A stretch of DNA of 64,000 bases from Candidatus Bathyarchaeota archaeon (GCA_963739305.1 CAVTZU010000013.1:1-64000), one strand, 5' to 3'. Positions 41,739 through 52,587 are shown, counted from the stretch's first letter. Notes: a model not told the origin generated them from the sequence alone. Numbers and translations: made by a program.

Positions 41739-42767
41739 CTACTCCTCTGAACCAACCTTCTCGCACTTCACATTCCTGGCCCGTTTGAAATCTCTACCGA
41801 GCCTCTCTTTCACCGACGCCACCATCAACGGGAAAACAATCGTGGCATCGCCTATTACCATAGTCTTGTCTGCCTGCCCCTTGAGTTTCCCCCAGCTCAC
41901 TGTCTCCTCCAACGTTGACCCCGAAAGGCCACCTGTCTCGGGCCTATCCATCGTTATCACAACCGCGTAATCCATCCCAGACTTCGTCGCTAGAGCTGCT
42001 GACTGAATCGTGTTCCTCGGCACTCCTCCGCCGATGACAACCATGCCGTTCTTTGAACTGCCTCGACATATGTTTATGATTTCCGGCACATCCTTGAACG
42101 CATCTACGACCAATGTGTTCTTAAACTGCCTCCGCGTCGCATGCAGATTGTAGATGTATCCAAACTCTGAATCACGCACGGCTGGAATGAAAACTGGGGC
42201 TTTCGACTCGTACGCAGCACGAAGAATAGAATCCGGGTCCTTCAATCTCTTTCCTAGCTCCCAAGCGAAATCCTTGGATGACAGCGACTTGCCCCTAAAC
42301 TCGTTTGCTATCTGATCGTAGACCTTCACGAGCTCCATGTCGAGTTTTATGAAGTCTTCCTCAGGAACGAAGACGTCGTAAATGCGGTACGTGTGATTCT
42401 TGTACAACATGTAATCGTCCGCAGCCCAGTGACCCCTGTAATGATGTCCTCCCAGAGCTTCAACAGCATCGTGAACCATGTTTGCTCCAGTTGTCACGAG
42501 AACGTCGATGAGGTTTTCTCTCAGCAAACCGGAAACAAGAGATCGCAGCCCCGCGGGAACCATGGCTCCAGCAAGGGCCAGAAACACTGTGCAGTCGTCC
42601 TCACGCAGCATTCGTTCATAAATGTTACAAGCCTCAGCGACTCTCCCAGCTCCAAAGGACCCCGAATTCTGGAATTGTCGCACAAGCTGGTCCACAGTCA
42701 ATTTGCCCTTGATCTTGATGTGCTTGACGGGCTCGCGCAGAATCTCTTTCCTCTGCATCAAATTCAC
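41739..42767 (-). CDS. dys: Deoxyhypusine synthase
   Basis: TTGANMVHD, GGGVP, TGGLSG, active-site SWGK. Confidence 0.92.
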   Translation of the reverse strand: MNLMQRKEILREPVKHIKIKGKLTVDQLVRQFQNSGSFGAGRVAEACNIYERMLREDDCTVFLALAGAMVPAGLRSLVSGLLRENLIDVLVTTGANMVHDAVEALGGHHYRGHWAADDYMLYKNHTYRIYDVFVPEEDFIKLDMELVKVYDQIANEFRGKSLSSKDFAWELGKRLKDPDSILRAAYESKAPVFIPAVRDSEFGYIYNLHATRRQFKNTLVVDAFKDVPEIINICRGSSKNGMVVIGGGVPRNTIQSAALATKSGMDYAVVITMDRPETGGLSGSTLEETVSWGKLKGQADKTMVIGDATIVFPLMVASVKERLGRDFKRARNVKCEKVGSEE

Positions 42768-42873
42768 GCCTAGAATTCCAATGTTTGGTTGATTAAGGAG
42801 AAATAACTTTCTGTTTTCTCTGCCTGTTCAGCTCTAGAACTTCCAGATCAACCGGTTTGTTTTGGTTGCATCG

Positions 42874-43358
42874 CTACTTGACTATCATTACTGGACAAGG
42901 CGCATTCTTTATGACTCCTTCGGTTACGCTTCCCATCAGCAGGTCTCTTATCCTGTGGGTTCCTCTTGCGCCAATAACTATCAGGTTGAACTGTCCTTCT
43001 TTCGCGGTCTTCACGATTTCCTGTGTGCTGTTGCCTTCTCTGAGTGCCGTCTCAACTCCGACGTTGTCTTTCCTAACCCTTTCTTCAGCGTCTGCAAGAA
43101 TTTTCTTTCCAGCGTCCCGCGCAGCATCAACCATCTTCGAAACTTCTGCGGAAGTAGCGATCGGAACTCCCGTTGGGTTAAGAGTGGTGGGTTCTGGTAT
43201 GACGACTGGTGTGAAGCAGTAACTGAGTAAACATGAAGCAGCGTCAGCTCACCGCTGAAGTTCCTTGCGATCTGAATCGCTATTTCAAGCGCCCTTTGTG
43301 AGTGGTCGGAACCATCCAGGGGCACTAGAATCTTCCGAAAAAGTGCCGTGGTTTCCAT
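42874..43358 (-). pseudogene. Universal stress protein UspA, one base missing at about 43214
   Basis: ILVPLDGS...LLHVY in one frame; IGARG...MGSVT...APCPV in the other. Confidence 0.85.
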
Positions 43359-43438
43359 GAAGGAACTAGTACGCGTTTTCAGATATAACTTTTGATTCCT
43401 TAGAAAAACCAGAGATGTCCATATTATATGTTCAATTG

Positions 43439-43717
43439 CTACAGCAGGGCAAAAGTCGTTGACCTGATTCTTCCCTTCGTGTCGATGGTAACTTCAAACC
43501 TTTCAGCCCACGGATGTCCTTCAAGGTCGATTGGACACGTGCCTCGAATCACCCAGATGTCTTTGCTCTGCTCAACCGCCGAGACGTCAACTCTTTCCGT
43601 GCTCTTTCTCCTTTTGAGGAATTCAACAGCTATTTGTTGGACTGACTCGACCGTCACACCTTTGTCTTTCACTGAATATCCTCCAGACACCTTCTCCATT
43701 ATCTCAGCAGATGACAT
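43439..43717 (-). CDS. Small hypothetical protein (PepSY-like beta pattern)
   Basis: A..FLK...W.I.G...FEV.ID..G.I. Confidence 0.65.
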   Translation of the reverse strand: MSSAEIMEKVSGGYSVKDKGVTVESVQQIAVEFLKRRKSTERVDVSAVEQSKDIWVIRGTCPIDLEGHPWAERFEVTIDTKGRIRSTTFALL

Positions 43718-43771
43718 AAAAAGAGTTATGAACGGGCAATCTTTACTTGAAATAAACGTGCCTGGTAGGCA

Positions 43772-44845
43772 ATGAATGGAAAGAAGAGAATCATCTTTCA
43801 CGTTGACATGGATCACTTCTACACGGCTGTTGAAGAACGACACCGACCTGAACTCAAAGACAAACCTGTAATCGTTGGCGCTGACCCGGGAGGAGGTCGG
43901 GGCAGAGGCGTCGTCAGCACCAGTAACTATGAGGCGAGAAAGTTCGGAGTTCGATCAGGAATGCCTATCTCTCGAGCCTGGAAACTCTGTCCCCAAGGTG
44001 TATACTTACCAGTTAACATGCCGTTGTATGTCAAGGTTTCCGACAGGATTATGATGATCCTCAGAGAATACGCAGACAAATTCGAGCAATGGGGCATCGA
44101 TGAAGCTTTTCTTGACGTTACCTCTAAAGTCGATGACTATGCTGAAGCCGAGATTTTGGCACGTGAAATAAAGAAGCAGACAGTCGCGCGTGAAGGCTTG
44201 ACCTGCTCGGTAGGCATCAGTTACAACAAGCTCATCGCGAAGATTGCGAGCGAGATGCAGAAGCCTGATGGTCTGACGATAGTTAAGGAGGAGGACGCTG
44301 AAAAATTCCTTGCTTCTCTCCCAGTTCGAAGACTGCTATGGGTCGGGAAAAAGACTGAAGCGGCCCTTGGAGCAATGGGTATCGCAACGATTGGGGATCT
44401 GGCGAGCCATGATCCGAGCGAGTTGGCTGAAGCTTTCGGCGTCATGGGCAATCAACTCTATCTTATGGCTCATGGAATAGACACTAGTGAAGTTGAAGAG
44501 AGAACCGAGATCAAGTCGATCGGGCGCGACGCTACTTTTCAGGAGGATACTGATGATTTTGATTTTGTGTTGAAGACGCTGGATGATCTGGCGGAAGACG
44601 TGTACAATCAGGTCTCCAGAAATCAGTCTTACTTCAAGACTGTCACGATTAGAATCCGATACGAGAATTTCGAAACGCATACGCACGCAAGGACTTTGTC
44701 TTTCGCGACAGATCGATTGCTGGATTTGACTAAAACGGCTCGAGAGCTAATTCGACCTTATCTTAGACCTGACAGGAAGATACGGCTCGTTGGCGTTAGG
44801 GCTTCAAACTTGGTATCAGTCTTAAATCAGAAGAAACTGGCTTGA
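43772..44845 (+). CDS. dinB: DNA polymerase IV (Y family)
   Basis: HVDMDHFY, YEARKFGVRSGMP, IDEAF, KPDG, IRLVGVR. Confidence 0.95.
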   Translation: MNGKKRIIFHVDMDHFYTAVEERHRPELKDKPVIVGADPGGGRGRGVVSTSNYEARKFGVRSGMPISRAWKLCPQGVYLPVNMPLYVKVSDRIMMILREYADKFEQWGIDEAFLDVTSKVDDYAEAEILAREIKKQTVAREGLTCSVGISYNKLIAKIASEMQKPDGLTIVKEEDAEKFLASLPVRRLLWVGKKTEAALGAMGIATIGDLASHDPSELAEAFGVMGNQLYLMAHGIDTSEVEERTEIKSIGRDATFQEDTDDFDFVLKTLDDLAEDVYNQVSRNQSYFKTVTIRIRYENFETHTHARTLSFATDRLLDLTKTARELIRPYLRPDRKIRLVGVRASNLVSVLNQKKLA

Positions 44846-44924
44846 TTTGTTGGTTTCAAGCATGGCCTGTGAAAAATGGTTATTAGTCAGTCACGTGAAA
44901 TCTGTCTTCGTCGTGAGCTCGTGA

Positions 44925-46505
44925 ATGCGGGAAAAGGCGATGGCGGCAAAATCCGGAGTCAAGGTTGTACTTACGGCTTCAGCCACTGAAATGAGTGATT
45001 TCCTTAACAACCCGTTTGTCGCGTTTGCAGGCGGTTTTGCGAAGGGTCCAGTGCCGCTTTGGTTCCTGAGAAGAGCCTTGTATCCCCCTGCTGGGCAGAA
45101 CAATGGTGTTGGCCGGGCGAGGGTTGCGCCTTACGGGCTGAGAAAAGTTGAATCCTTACTCCTTGAAAACGGTTTTGATGAGTCGGAAGTGGCAGTGGTT
45201 CATCCAAAAGATCTAGATAGTTTTGTCGGTCCCCAGACAAAGGTCGTCGGCATTTCTTCTATGGATCCTACAGGCATGGCCTACGTTAGCAAAACTTATT
45301 CTTCTATAGTGGGCGGCGGTGAACCGTTGAACGCCATTGAGTTCAAGAAGCTTGTTGGCCACAGGGCTATTCGGACATATCGGCCCAAGGTGATCGTAGG
45401 AGGTTTTGGATCCTGGCAACTGGAAAGAAAGCGTGTGTCTGACAGCTACGGGGTCGATTGCGTGGTGATCGGAGAGGGAGAAACAGTTGTCAGCAAAGTT
45501 TTCAAAGCCGCAGTGAATGGGGAACCTATTCCCCGTGTTGTCCGGGCCACAGGTTACGCGAACTATGATTGCGTACCGTTGATTAGACATCCGGCCATTC
45601 ATGGATGTGTTGAGATTTCTCGAGGTTGCGGCCGTAACTGTCAGTTCTGCACGCCTACAATGCAGAAAAGGCGAGACGTTCCACTTGAAAAAATCATCAA
45701 AGAAGTGGAAGTTAACGCCAGGGAGAGCAGTTCCCGCATCACCTTGGTTACTGAAGATCTTTTCCTGTACGGTATGAAGGACCCGCGTTTTGTTCCTAAC
45801 AGGAAAGCCATATTGAATTTGGTGAAGAGTGTGGCTTCGGTTCCTGGCGTCAAAGGGATACAGCCATCGCACAGTTCTTTGGCCCCGGTGGTCGCTGACC
45901 CTGGGTTGGTTGAGGAAGTTGCTGAGATTCTGATTGAACACAATTGGTACTTTCACGGGTCGAAGCCAATCGTTACTTCTGAGATCGGGTTGGAGACGGG
46001 CAGTGTTCGATTAGTGCGGAAGTACATGGTGGAGAAGATGCTTCCCTTTAAACCTGAGGAGTGGAGGAGCGTTGTCACCCGAGCCTTTGGAATCATGAAT
46101 GACGTTGACTGGTACCCACTTGTGACTCTGATCATCGGGTTGCCTGATGAAGGTGAAGCGGATGTGCTGGAGACGCTGAGTTTGATGGATGAACTGCATG
46201 ACTACAACGCATTCTATGTGCCGTTGTTCTTCGTGCCGCTAGAGAATTGCCGGCTGGTGCACAATCGGGGGACCGAGTTGGATTCGCTTACCAAGGCGAG
46301 ATGGGAGTTGTTCACGCGTTGTTGGGAGTACAACGTACGGATTTGGGGGGACACGTTTCTGGAACACAGGATTCCAAGCCCGTTGCTGTTCAAGTTTGTT
46401 AAGCACGTGGCTATTCCGTTTGGAGGAAAAGTGGCCAGCTTTTACTATGGGATGAAGCATGGGGACGAGCTCGAGAAGGCCGTTTGGAGAATGGCCAATG
46501 CGTGA
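44925..46505 (+). CDS. Radical SAM protein with B12-binding-like N-terminal domain
   Basis: EISRGCGRNCQFC (CxxxCxxC), GEGE, IGLETG. Confidence 0.9.
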   Translation: MREKAMAAKSGVKVVLTASATEMSDFLNNPFVAFAGGFAKGPVPLWFLRRALYPPAGQNNGVGRARVAPYGLRKVESLLLENGFDESEVAVVHPKDLDSFVGPQTKVVGISSMDPTGMAYVSKTYSSIVGGGEPLNAIEFKKLVGHRAIRTYRPKVIVGGFGSWQLERKRVSDSYGVDCVVIGEGETVVSKVFKAAVNGEPIPRVVRATGYANYDCVPLIRHPAIHGCVEISRGCGRNCQFCTPTMQKRRDVPLEKIIKEVEVNARESSSRITLVTEDLFLYGMKDPRFVPNRKAILNLVKSVASVPGVKGIQPSHSSLAPVVADPGLVEEVAEILIEHNWYFHGSKPIVTSEIGLETGSVRLVRKYMVEKMLPFKPEEWRSVVTRAFGIMNDVDWYPLVTLIIGLPDEGEADVLETLSLMDELHDYNAFYVPLFFVPLENCRLVHNRGTELDSLTKARWELFTRCWEYNVRIWGDTFLEHRIPSPLLFKFVKHVAIPFGGKVASFYYGMKHGDELEKAVWRMANA

Positions 46506-46622
46506 CGTTTTTCTATTTTTTTCTCGAGTTTTGGTGACTTGATCGCCTCAACTTCGTGTCTGATGTGGCACGTTTTCTCTGTCGGTTATTCAGTGGGCAA
46601 ATTAGCGTGTTGAAAAGCCCTT

Positions 46623-46898
46623 TCATATTTCCGGGTATTTTTCCCTTATTTTTTGATCAGCGATCTTTGCGATCATGCCGTTGGATATGAGAACGTGTTT
46701 TACGCCTTTCAGTTCTGCGAGTTCTGAGGGTTTCTGGTCTTGCGTCACAAGCAGAAAATTGTGTTTTTGGGCGTATTCAACTATTTCTTTGTCTTTTGCG
46801 CCTTTGAGGCCGACTTCTTGGGCGGTCTGTGCTTCCCAGCCTAGGGTCTCGAAGTACTCTTTCAACCCTGCGTACATTTCGTCGAGAAGGAGTTTCAA
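46623..46898 (-). CDS. PIN-like DUF5615/Mut7-C family protein
   Basis: MKLLLDEM...KD.EI...LLVTQD. Confidence 0.8.
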   Translation of the reverse strand: MKLLLDEMYAGLKEYFETLGWEAQTAQEVGLKGAKDKEIVEYAQKHNFLLVTQDQKPSELAELKGVKHVLISNGMIAKIADQKIREKYPEI

Positions 46899-47026
46899 CG
46901 TGCTTTTCCTCTTTCTTAGTTTGAGCGATTGCGTATTTAGGTGCTTCTCAGGCTCGTCTCGGTGTTCTTTGGGCTCTCAATTGGGTTTTTTCAGAAAGAC
47001 ATAAATCTTGTGGAGAAAATCGTTTT

Positions 47027-47809
47027 TTGATGTCCTTGTTTGGTGTCCCTGGGCGATTCTTGGTATTCTTGCTATTCTTGTTTTTGATCTTAGGTCTCTC
47101 TAGGCCGGTGGATGCGGGCGTCAGTGTTGTCTCAGGCCAGTTCTTTCGTTATGGTGTTTCTGAGACGAGTTTGACTGGGAACGACACGCAACTGATTGCT
47201 CAGTTGAAGGAGGGAGCCTATTGGATCAACTTGACGGTTGCGTCTGTTTCGGGTAACTCTTTGACGGTTAATGCTGTGAGTTATAATTCAACGTTTGTTT
47301 CGGACAGTTCGACGATGCAGTTTAATCCTGTCACGGGTGAAACTGTGCCGAGTGGGGGTCAACGCTTTTTTGTTCCAGGCAACTTGGGAGCGGGTGACGG
47401 AGTGAGTTTTGTGTATCCTGAGAATCGGACTTTGACGTTGAACGAGACGTTTTGGGCGAAGCGTTTGGGGGTTTGGATGCAGACGAATCATCTTGGTTAT
47501 GATGCAGTGAATGTTAACGTTAATTTTACTGGTGTGGTAGCGAATGTGAGTACTTCTTTGAATTATTATTGGGAGAAGGGAACCGGGGTTCTTGTTGACT
47601 TCAATTATACTGCGAGCAGTAATCGTACGGTTAGCGGTGATCTGCTCGTGCTCGGTCAGAGTGTCGACCTTGAGATTTTGTCGGCGTACCCTATGATTCC
47701 TGAGTTCGGTTCTCTTTTCTACGTGCTTCTTGCTGTGATGGGAACGGTTTCGATTGTTTATGTGTCTAGGCGTTGGGAGCGTTCTCGAACGATTCGGAGA
47801 AAAGGTTGA
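47027..47809 (+). CDS. Secreted glycoprotein with PEFG-CTERM anchor
   Basis: Signal peptide, sequons, IPEFG + TM helix + basic tail. Confidence 0.8.
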   Translation: MMSLFGVPGRFLVFLLFLFLILGLSRPVDAGVSVVSGQFFRYGVSETSLTGNDTQLIAQLKEGAYWINLTVASVSGNSLTVNAVSYNSTFVSDSSTMQFNPVTGETVPSGGQRFFVPGNLGAGDGVSFVYPENRTLTLNETFWAKRLGVWMQTNHLGYDAVNVNVNFTGVVANVSTSLNYYWEKGTGVLVDFNYTASSNRTVSGDLLVLGQSVDLEILSAYPMIPEFGSLFYVLLAVMGTVSIVYVSRRWERSRTIRRKG

Positions 47810-48000
47810 GGGCCTACTCAACATGGATTTTGACAAAAAAACAGTCTAAAACACCCTACCCCCCGGGCTTTTTTTCTTGTGCAGTGCCGTTTGCGTGGTC
47901 TTGGTTGGGGCTTGTTTTGGTTCTTTGGGTGGTTTTTGCGCTGTTTTGAATGTTGAAGTTGGTCGTGTGTCATGTTGAGTTCAGTGCGCGCGTTGTGTTG

Positions 48001-48078
48001 TGGTGGGCCCGAAGGGATTCGAACCCTTGACCAACAGGTTATGAGCCTGGCGCTCTAACCTAGCTGAGCTACGGGCCC
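48001..48078 (-). tRNA. tRNA with CAT anticodon, likely tRNA-Ile2 (agmatidine type), CCA encoded
   Basis: GGGCCCG acceptor stem is typical of archaeal Ile tRNAs; lacks the initiator A1-U72 pair. Confidence 0.88.
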
Positions 48079-48187
48079 GGGTTTGATCCAGTTTAGTATG
48101 CTGTTTTGAATTCAATTTAAACGTTTTCTGCGTTCAGATAGACTTAGGTAAGTCTTCGCTATGCTTGTGCAGTTCATGCGACTTGGG

Positions 48188-49090
48188 CTAGCGTTCTTTT
48201 CTCGAATTCATTCGCTCATAGTGATACAAGTATTCTTGGGCATAGCCTGCATACTTGCCGAAGTATTCTCGTCCAAACCTGTTTAACTGCTTGTATTGGG
48301 ATTCGCTGAGCGATTCTTCTGTGGAAATTCTTGTTACGAATTTCTTTGGAAAGTGCGATGCATAGTGTCTGAGCATTACCCGCCTCATCCACACGTCAAC
48401 TGGGAACGCCTCTAGTTTTCCTAGGCCAAAAAGAAGCACGCAGTCTGCCACCTTCGGGCCTACTCCGGGGAACTGGAGTAGAAATGCTCTAGCGTCATCA
48501 TAAGTTGCCTCCTTCAGGCTGTCAAGGTCATAACTGTTTTCGAAGACTTTTTTTGAAGTCTTCAAGACATATTCGGCTCGGTAACCGAGCTCGCATTTTC
48601 TGAGGTCGCTAATTGACGCGTTGGCAAGCTTTTTGGGAATTGGAAACGTGAAGAAATCTTGGTTTTCAGTGCGGATTCTCTCTCCGAATTGTCTTGATAG
48701 GTTATGCAACATCCTTTTTATTGATGCGATGTTCTTGTAGGTTGCACAGATGTATGATATCAGTGATTCCCAGGGGTCTTGACGCAGAATTCGGAGACCT
48801 CTAAATTGCTCAACAGCAGCTCTAATGTGTCGATCACTGCTGATTTCAGAATAGATCTTCACCAGATCGTCCGTTAAACCTAGAAAAGTCATCGCAGCGT
48901 CCTTGCTAGCGCCATAGAACTCTACCGATTCATTTTCTTGCCGGATCTTGACTGAATTTTCTCCAATTGCGCCATGCCACCATTCGCCTTCCCTGTCCCA
49001 CCTGAAAGTCTGACCGCAACAAAGAGTCAAGTCTAAGTCAAAGGGACACGCCTTTTCCAGGTGAACTATCATTAGTCTCAAGTCTTCCAT
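48188..49090 (-). CDS. ogg: 8-oxoguanine DNA glycosylase (OGG1 type, HhH-GPD)
   Basis: CGQTFRW, GLRILRQDPWE, GYRA, GVGPKVADC, FPVDVW, AGYAQ. Confidence 0.92.
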   Translation of the reverse strand: MEDLRLMIVHLEKACPFDLDLTLCCGQTFRWDREGEWWHGAIGENSVKIRQENESVEFYGASKDAAMTFLGLTDDLVKIYSEISSDRHIRAAVEQFRGLRILRQDPWESLISYICATYKNIASIKRMLHNLSRQFGERIRTENQDFFTFPIPKKLANASISDLRKCELGYRAEYVLKTSKKVFENSYDLDSLKEATYDDARAFLLQFPGVGPKVADCVLLFGLGKLEAFPVDVWMRRVMLRHYASHFPKKFVTRISTEESLSESQYKQLNRFGREYFGKYAGYAQEYLYHYERMNSRKER

Positions 49091-49235
49091 TCTTGTACGT
49101 GGTTCTAATCTTTGTTGGTTTCGGTGGAATCCATTGTTACGGTACACGGGTAGACAGACATGCTTATTTTCGTCGGCTCCTATCTTCTAAATTAGATGTG
49201 AGGTCTGATGATGAACCTGAATCGAGGGCGTTCTC

Positions 49236-49742
49236 ATGGGCGCTGAACAGTCTTCCAAGAGCGCGGTCAAAACTGGAGATCGCGCCCCAGATTTTTCGCT
49301 TCCCGATCAGAACGGGCAGATGGTCAGTTTGAAAGATCTTATCAGCAAAAAGATCGTGGTTCTATATTTCTATCCAGCCGATTTTTCGCGAGGCTGCACG
49401 GCTGAAGCATGTTCTTTCAGAGACAGCTATGAAGTGTTCAAGGAAGCTGGTGCTGAAGTTGTCGGTGTAAGTTCACAATCTGTAGATTCACACCGAAGAT
49501 TTGCTGCAGAGAACACACTTCCGTTTATCCTTTTGAGCGACAAGAATGGCGAAGTTAGAAAGCTCTATGGAGTTTCATCAACGCTGGGATTGATTCCGGG
49601 AAGAGTCACATACATTATCGACAAGAATGGCATCGTCAGACATGTGTTCTCGTCGCAGTTGAATCCCACCAAGCACGTTGGGGAAGCTTTACAAATATTG
49701 AAAGAGATTGGTAACCAGCCAAGTGACGTTAAGGAAGGTTGA
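49236..49742 (+). CDS. bcp: Peroxiredoxin BCP/PrxQ
   Basis: LYFYPADFSRGCTAEACSFRD. Confidence 0.92.
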   Translation: MGAEQSSKSAVKTGDRAPDFSLPDQNGQMVSLKDLISKKIVVLYFYPADFSRGCTAEACSFRDSYEVFKEAGAEVVGVSSQSVDSHRRFAAENTLPFILLSDKNGEVRKLYGVSSTLGLIPGRVTYIIDKNGIVRHVFSSQLNPTKHVGEALQILKEIGNQPSDVKEG

Positions 49743-50176
49743 GTGGAAAAATGGAAGAGTTTCCTGAGAGGAAAGTTCTGAAGGATTTGCTTGCCAAGCT
49801 TAAGAGTCATACTATCGCGTCTGAAGAGGAACTTAGGAAAGAGGAAGAGCGATTTATAAAGCGCTTTGAGGAGTCGCATGAGAGGCTGAAGCTTTTGGCG
49901 AAAAAATGTGAAACGCAGCCCACTACAACGGACGCGGTCGACGCTTTTTCAGAAGTAATTTATCGAATGGATCTGCTTGCAGAAGACTTTGCGAAGAGCG
50001 TTCATAGAAACAACGAGAACGTGCAGTTTTACATCGATGCCCTTGAGGAATACTCGGCTGAACTTGACGGAACTCTGACAGAGATTTTTGAACGTGCGAG
50101 GAAAGATGCTGAGGAGCAAATAAAGCAGCAAGAGGAATTGAGGAAGAGAACGTCGCCTGAATCGTACACTGCATGA
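49739..50176 (+). CDS. Coiled-coil hypothetical protein
   Basis: 145 aa, helical, translationally coupled to bcp. Confidence 0.7.
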   Translation: MSGKMEEFPERKVLKDLLAKLKSHTIASEEELRKEEERFIKRFEESHERLKLLAKKCETQPTTTDAVDAFSEVIYRMDLLAEDFAKSVHRNNENVQFYIDALEEYSAELDGTLTEIFERARKDAEEQIKQQEELRKRTSPESYTA

Positions 50177-50218
50177 CACTTTCCGGTGCAATTCCTGAGA
50201 ATTTCTTGTCTCACGAAG

Positions 50219-52417
50219 CTATGAGCAAATTTCATCGACGAAGGTTTCCGGCCTCGGGACATCCTGTGGTAGCCCTTTCTTTTTGCGAAGTTCCAGTATG
50301 GATTCACTTGCGAGTTTGTCGGGCATTCTCTCCCAATGGTCAAAAACAAGTTCCCAGAAAGCATGTCCCGAGGTTGCAGAACGCATTTCAGCAGACAACT
50401 CAAACGCCTTTGCAACGGGAATGTATCCCACAACGTTGACTGAACTTCCTCGTTGTTCTTTCGAAACTATTTTGCCCCGTCTATGAATTATAAGGTTAGA
50501 ACAAGCGCCAAGCCACTCGATCGGCACGGAAACTTCGAGCCTGAATATCGGCTGCAGAAGCACTGGTTTTGCAGTTAGGAAAGAACCCAGAATTGCTCGG
50601 CTTATCCCTCGTTCAATCTGCGGGGGTTCCTTGTTTTTCTGGTCTGGGTTCAAGATGGCCTTAACGAGGACGATTTTCGTGCCTCTTAATGGCTGCTCGC
50701 AGAGAGGTCCAGTTCGGCACGCCCAATGAAAACCTGACAGTATGCCATCTGCCACATCAGTTCGTACGTTTTTGTTTCCAGTTGAATCCACCAGAACATT
50801 GACATGCTCATCGAAAGCCCAGACTTCTTGGTCTATTAGGCCAGAGACACTTGTCTTCAACCTATCTGGACTTGAAACTCCGTTCTTTTCGATAAACTCA
50901 ATTGCCCTGTCTTCAAGTGGTTCGACCTGAACCCAAAATTCGTTTAGTCGATTAGGACTCGCAGCCATCACAAGAGAGCCTTTCTTTGAAATCGCTTCTC
51001 TGTAACTTGCAATGGGTTTACCAACCTTCAGTTCTATCCCGTCGTTGTATTGTTTCAGGAAATTCACGGCCACTTCCAGGTGAAGTTCTCCCAGACCGCT
51101 GATAAGATATTGACCAGTTTCTCTGTCAACTGAGGTTTTAAGGTCTGAGTCCTCAATTTCAAGACTTTTCAAAGCTTCAATTAGGCATTCCAAGTCTTTT
51201 GGGTTTCTCGGTTCAACTGCAACAGTCATGATCGGCCTAGGAATATGCCTAAAACCCTCTAAAGCGACTTCCAAGCCTTTGCACTGAGCATCAATGACCG
51301 TTTCTCCAACCCTTACGAATGTTAACCCTGTCACCGCGGCTATGTTTCCGGCAGGTATCTCATTTGCAGTTTCTCTGATTGAACTCATGTAAAAAGAAAC
51401 TTTTTGCAACCGACTTCTTTCCTTAGCATTAACACCATAAATCATCTGCCCTTGTTTCACAGTGCCGGAGAACAATCGCCCCGTAGCGACCAAGCCCTCG
51501 TCTGGAAATGATTTGACGGCGGTAATGCACATCACCATCGGTCCATTATCGTCGCATCTCATCATCGCTTTGCCAACTTCTGAAGTCAATGGGCCCTTCC
51601 AAATCTTCGGAATGCGATACTTCTGACTATCAACAGGGCTTGGAATGTTCTTTGCCACCATTTCAAGTATCGCCTTTTGGAGAGGAACGGCACGTGAAAG
51701 CTGTTCAAAATTCCCTTTTCTCCAAAATTCCATTTTGGCGGAATCATCGAATCTTATTCCTTTGCTTTCAGCTTCATCCGTAGTGAAGCCCCATCTGTGA
51801 AGTGCTGAACCGAAGACAACGCTTCCTTTTCTAGGATAAACTTTCCATTTTCGTTTGAATTCAGGTTCGCCGTGGATTTCAATGATGTTGTTGAAGTCAT
51901 TGATTATGTGAATGAACTTCTGTCGGATCTCGCCCGAACTTAGTCTCAGTTCTTGTATCAAGCGGTCGACCTTGTTTATGAAAAGCACTGGTTTAACCCG
52001 TTCTTCGAGGGCTTGGCGCGTAACGGTTTCGGTCTGAGCCATAATCTCTTCAACAGCGTCAACAACAACGATCGCTCCGTCAATTGCGCGCAAGGCTCTT
52101 GTCACTTTGCCCACGAAGTCCACGTGGCCGGGAGTATCAACCAGGTTGATCAAGTAAGTCTCTTTGCCCATTCTGTGCAGAAACGATATGTTCGCTGTCT
52201 TGATGGTTATGCCCCGTTTCTGTTCCTCTTGAAGATAATCCAGCACCCGCGGTGAACCAGCAATCCGAGGTGGCAGAAGTCCAGCTTCAATCAGAAGCGA
52301 GTCCGTCAAGGTTGTTTTTCCATGGTCGATATGGGCGATTACGCCGACGTTTCGAACGAGTTCCTTTCTATGCATAAGCTTGAGAATTTCTGACGTCTGG
52401 TGAAACTTGGGCATCAT
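50219..52417 (-). CDS. fusA: Elongation factor EF-2 paralog (aEF-2p-like) lacking the diphthamide His
   Basis: AHIDHGKT, RGITI, DTPGH, NKVD, GELHLE; domain IV loop reads LNPDQKNKEPPQ instead of HxDxxHRG. Confidence 0.9.
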   Translation of the reverse strand: MMPKFHQTSEILKLMHRKELVRNVGVIAHIDHGKTTLTDSLLIEAGLLPPRIAGSPRVLDYLQEEQKRGITIKTANISFLHRMGKETYLINLVDTPGHVDFVGKVTRALRAIDGAIVVVDAVEEIMAQTETVTRQALEERVKPVLFINKVDRLIQELRLSSGEIRQKFIHIINDFNNIIEIHGEPEFKRKWKVYPRKGSVVFGSALHRWGFTTDEAESKGIRFDDSAKMEFWRKGNFEQLSRAVPLQKAILEMVAKNIPSPVDSQKYRIPKIWKGPLTSEVGKAMMRCDDNGPMVMCITAVKSFPDEGLVATGRLFSGTVKQGQMIYGVNAKERSRLQKVSFYMSSIRETANEIPAGNIAAVTGLTFVRVGETVIDAQCKGLEVALEGFRHIPRPIMTVAVEPRNPKDLECLIEALKSLEIEDSDLKTSVDRETGQYLISGLGELHLEVAVNFLKQYNDGIELKVGKPIASYREAISKKGSLVMAASPNRLNEFWVQVEPLEDRAIEFIEKNGVSSPDRLKTSVSGLIDQEVWAFDEHVNVLVDSTGNKNVRTDVADGILSGFHWACRTGPLCEQPLRGTKIVLVKAILNPDQKNKEPPQIERGISRAILGSFLTAKPVLLQPIFRLEVSVPIEWLGACSNLIIHRRGKIVSKEQRGSSVNVVGYIPVAKAFELSAEMRSATSGHAFWELVFDHWERMPDKLASESILELRKKKGLPQDVPRPETFVDEICS

Positions 52418-52587
52418 TTGAACCTGCGTTCTTAGTTCTTCAACATTATAGATTGTTGAAACTTCTAAAACATTTGCATCAAGGACTAAGAGTCAGCATC
52501 GGTCCAACGTGCTCGTCGGATAACTCTTAAATTATATCTTGCACACGAAAGCTGTGAAAAAGTCAAAGAACAGAGAACGGATGAAGA

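Noticed and set aside
47810-48000. G/T-rich low-complexity tract downstream of tRNA-Ile2
   Set aside because: No periodic repeat unit or att duplicate could be identified
48001-48078. tRNA-Met assignment for the CAT anticodon
   Set aside because: The GGGCCCG acceptor stem fits archaeal tRNA-Ile2; initiator features are absent
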